Shown here piece by piece: positions 62,311 to 64,000 of a stretch of DNA of 64,000 bases. How positions within the stretch are numbered: position 1 is the stretch's first letter; every line of letters begins with the position of its first letter. Source of the DNA: Octopus sinensis (taxonomy: Eukaryota); NCBI RefSeq assembly GCF_006345805.1, contig NC_042997.1:59210001-59274000 (forward strand), written 5' to 3'. The notes below the pieces were generated by a model. It did no database searches and had not been told where the DNA came from. It was given only the letters and a program-made list of their open reading frames with translations. The translations under genes were made by a program, and so were the position numbers.

Positions 62311-63365
62311 TCATATAAACTGTCTTGGATTGAAGGCCTTGAGACTACAAAGAGAACTTAGTGACCACAATAATATAATATTGTTAGAGGATGGCTTGTA
62401 ATTCTAAAATTCCAAGTTACAAATACTACTATATACCTTTAGCCTAAACTAGCCAAATCAGGCCCAAATATTCAACCTGTTTTAAGTTCAAAATGGCCAG
62501 ATCCAGCCTCTCACACCTACAGTGTAATGTCATTCTAAAAATAAACAATCTCATCATTAAAATCTTGAAGCTGAGATAATGTATGATCAATTCAAAACAA
62601 TGTCAATAAATATTACGTTTGACAGAATAATCTAAACGATAAAGGAATATACATAAATAAATGCTAAACATTGTGCATGTATTCATTGAAGACTGCTGCA
62701 GTGCAAACCTATAACTGAGTGCACATTAGACTAAGCATATATTGTGTGCAGTATATCATGTACAATCAAATATATCAAATAATATAACTAAAGAAGTATG
62801 TTCAAAACTAAAATAGTGAAATTTGGGAAAAGCAGGCTGAGAAAATTATATAAGGAAACAACTCAAACAAGTACATATTTACAAAAGTATACTCACACAC
62901 ACATACCACTCCCACAATATAACCCTAGATAATGTATTTATGTAGTTGGTACAAAATCCTAAACATGTCACAGAATGTAAGGCAAACAGGGTTGTATTTC
63001 CTGATGAAAATATTTTACAAGAAAGGCCAGTGATTCTGAAACAAACTCTCTTCTACTTATATGTTAGCATATTTATGTTGTCCTCCCACAGAATATATTG
63101 GTCTCAAATTTTGACACAAGCCAGCAAATTTGGGGGAGGGGGTAAGTTTATTATATCGACTTCAGTGCTCAACTGGTATTTATTTTATCAACTCCAAAAG
63201 GATGAGAGGCAATGTTGACCTGGGTGGAATTTGAACCTAGAATGTTAAGATGGATGAAATACCACTAAGCATTTTGCCCAGCATGCTAAGATTCTGCCAG
63301 CCCACTGCATAACTTACCCACAGAAAATAGTGATCACAATAACACATAGAGATGTCAAAGTAGGG
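62311..63365 (-). CDS. Possible last two coding exons of an unidentified membrane-protein gene entering from the right (63365-63318: PTLTSLCVIVITIFC; 62344-62311: GLKAFNPRQFI*)
   Basis: Acceptors tatatAG and ttctctttgtAG; donor GG|GTAAGT; compatible phases; hydrophobic segment; no homology recognised. Confidence 0.35.
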
Positions 63366-64000
63366 CTATATATAAATATATATGTACTTGAATACAAACC
63401 CTAGCTGCTCTTTTATATACACACACACACACGAACGTGTTGACAAATGGAAGGAAGTGGCACTCAACACATTTTGTAGAAGTTACATTTTTAATAGCAG
63501 CTTGTCTCAGCTTCATATGAGTTAAAAATCTATGAGCATGTCCATCTTATCAGTAAAATGGAAGATGAGATAAATTCAAGATAGCTTCTAGATGTTAGGC
63601 TTCGATTGGTCAGCTCAGGTCACACGGTATTAATGCCGGTGTTACTTCCACATCATTAATGCTGTGACCTGGGATGACCAAAATAGAGGCCTGATATTTA
63701 GAAGCTATCTTCAATATGTCTTAATCTGTAACTCTTCTGATATGTTGAGATGGATGCATCCTATATGCCCACAAAACATTCAAGCCATATGGACATTCGT
63801 CAAACTGTTATTAATATATATATAAATACTCACAATATATACCAGTGTTGTAGTGCTCTAACACAAATTACCAAGCTAATGATAATAATAATCATATGAA
63901 TAACAACAACAACAACAATAATAATAAGTCAGTTATTATTGTAAAAAGATTATATAAAAAAAAAATTCTGTACAGTTACTGTACAATTTGCACAATATTT

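Overview
AT-rich, microsatellite- and SINE-dense, intron-rich animal DNA. The SINE families and gene style suggest Octopus or another coleoid cephalopod (inference). Two spliced minus-strand genes can be rebuilt by hand with consistent GT-AG phases. (1) PRPF4 (U4/U6 snRNP Prp4, WD40): 15 coding exons, 27786..4954, 512 aa. (2) An unnamed ~245-aa protein resembling a tandem DUF1330 (dimeric alpha/beta barrel): 6 coding exons, 49160..34846, with an RFX X-box cluster about 5 kb upstream. The possible 3' end of a third, membrane-protein gene lies near 62.3-63.4 kb. Repeats include tRNA-derived SINEs, CR1/L2 and RTE LINE fragments, Penelope GIY-YIG fragments, a 1001-bp solo LTR with a CCAT TSD, two Helitrons (one carrying a RepHel fragment), a deleted DNA transposon and several fold-back MITEs. 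Most notable: a complete type I hammerhead ribozyme (34239-34310) inside a terminally duplicated 534-bp unit (Penelope pLTR/retrozyme-like); a ~140-nt hairpin whose transition-type mismatches are all G-U on the + strand (63574-63715); and a ~480-bp (GAA)n tract that forms the whole polypyrimidine tract of a coding exon, with a candidate distant branch point. All coordinates were read by eye. Exon boundaries were checked by translation; repeat boundaries are approximate.
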